This document shows positions 58,341 to 58,634 of a stretch of 58,634 bases of DNA, piece by piece. Position 1 is the first letter of the stretch, and each line of letters begins with the position of its first letter. Source of the stretch: a virus; the IMG/VR virus record IMGVR_UViG_3300011244_000001; one strand, 5' to 3'. The position numbers and the translations under genes were made by a program. Below the pieces are notes generated by a model that ran no database searches, was not told the DNA's origin, and saw nothing but the letters and a program-made list of their open reading frames with translations.

Positions 58341-58460
58341 AAATGGAGGAGTTTGTGTTCTCAGGTTTGGTTAATGAAGGGGAAGCTTGCCCGGCGAGAT
58401 AGGGTAAATGGAGTGGAATGGGTAACTGTTTTCTCTCCTGCCGGGCCTACCTATTCTACC

Positions 58461-58634
58461 CTACGCAAAGCGGGCTAACAAGCCTACCGGCAGCTCCCAA
58501 CCAAAAGCGGTCGGGTCAGCCAGCTTGTCGTCAGCATGGACATTACCCAACGGCAGGCCGTGAACCAAGCGCATGACGATCCAGGCGTGCTTGAGCCAGA
58601 GCTTTACTGCGTAGCGCAACGCCCGACGATGAGC
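58461..58634 (-). CDS. C-terminal part of the junction-spanning gene (see 1..575)
   Basis: Same frame as 1..575 across the overlap: ...VMRLVHGLPLGNVHADDKLADPTAFGWELPVGLLARFA, then TAG at 58463-58461. Bases 58558-58634 duplicate 1-77. Confidence 0.6.
   Translation of the reverse strand, partial: AHRRALRYAVKLWLKHAWIVMRLVHGLPLGNVHADDKLADPTAFGWELPVGLLARFA
58558..58634. repeat. Terminal direct overlap (second copy of 1-77)
   Basis: Identical 77 nt. Confidence 0.95.

Noticed and set aside
290-58443. Whether the iterated CGGCAGG motif could be a CRISPR array or a tandem repeat.
   Set aside because: Copies are dispersed over the whole genome at irregular spacing and in both orientations, mostly inside genes. 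There is no repeat-spacer architecture.
1-58634. Integrase, excisionase, CI-like repressor, tRNA genes, DNA polymerase.
   Set aside because: None of the ORFs shows tyrosine or serine recombinase motifs or polymerase motifs. I could not fold any cloverleaf in the intergenic regions (3124-3438, 37633-37934, 39978-40373, 43050-43529, 47648-47911). Absence by eye is not proof.

Overview
The window is a complete tailed-phage genome of about 58.56 kb with siphovirus-like organisation, assembled as a circle. Bases 1-77 are repeated exactly at 58558-58634, and one minus-strand gene runs across that junction.

Nearly all genes are on the minus strand. Three short plus-strand blocks interrupt them at 1875-2791, 27497-29013 and 37291-37632.

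Modules in transcription order (high to low coordinate):
- 58.3-54.4 kb: replication and nuclease genes (membrane-anchored T5orf172 protein, Vsr/DUF559-like nuclease, DnaB-like helicase, PD-(D/E)XK nuclease).
- 54.4-48.5 kb: glycan-active and lysis island (1001-aa GH-A + GH25 + CBM protein, beta-helix protein, holin-like protein, secreted DUF1996 protein).
- 48.4-37.9 kb: AT-richer block of about 35 small early genes, including a pentapeptide-repeat protein.
- 37.0-33.6 kb: Dam-like methyltransferase, RNA ligase and an HTH protein that may be the small terminase.
- 33.3-29.0 kb: GT2 glycosyltransferase, TerL, portal and MuF-like protein.
- 27.3-25.6 kb: Erf/SSB recombination module.
- 25.4-21.3 kb: scaffold, decoration protein, Mu gpT-like major capsid and connectors.
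- 20.9-18.8 kb: a three-domain GT2-sulfotransferase-GT2 protein.
- 18.8-3.4 kb: tail tube, G/GT chaperones with a -1 frameshift, tape measure, a 1747-aa tip protein, a beta-helix protein and a 1132-aa esterase-bearing fibre.
- Across the junction: a Zn-ribbon/TOPRIM primase.

I found no integrase, repressor, DNA polymerase, tRNA or CRISPR array.

The strongest unexplained signals:
1. A purine-rich motif built around CGGCAGG (about 14-19 nt) is iterated roughly 45-60 times in all reading frames, on both strands and in intergenic DNA.
2. A sulfotransferase-containing glycosylation enzyme sits inside the virion structural operon.
3. A consensus promoter plus intrinsic terminator define a roughly 58-nt plus-strand RNA that carries the antisense of the helicase ribosome-binding site.
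4. Several families of repeated intergenic elements occur: paired 23-nt-period direct repeats, GGAAATTTCC-type palindromes, AGAAC-N4-GTTCT boxes and a duplicated promoter.

All calls come from reading the sequence and the ORF track by eye. No database search was run, so family names are pattern-recognition calls.
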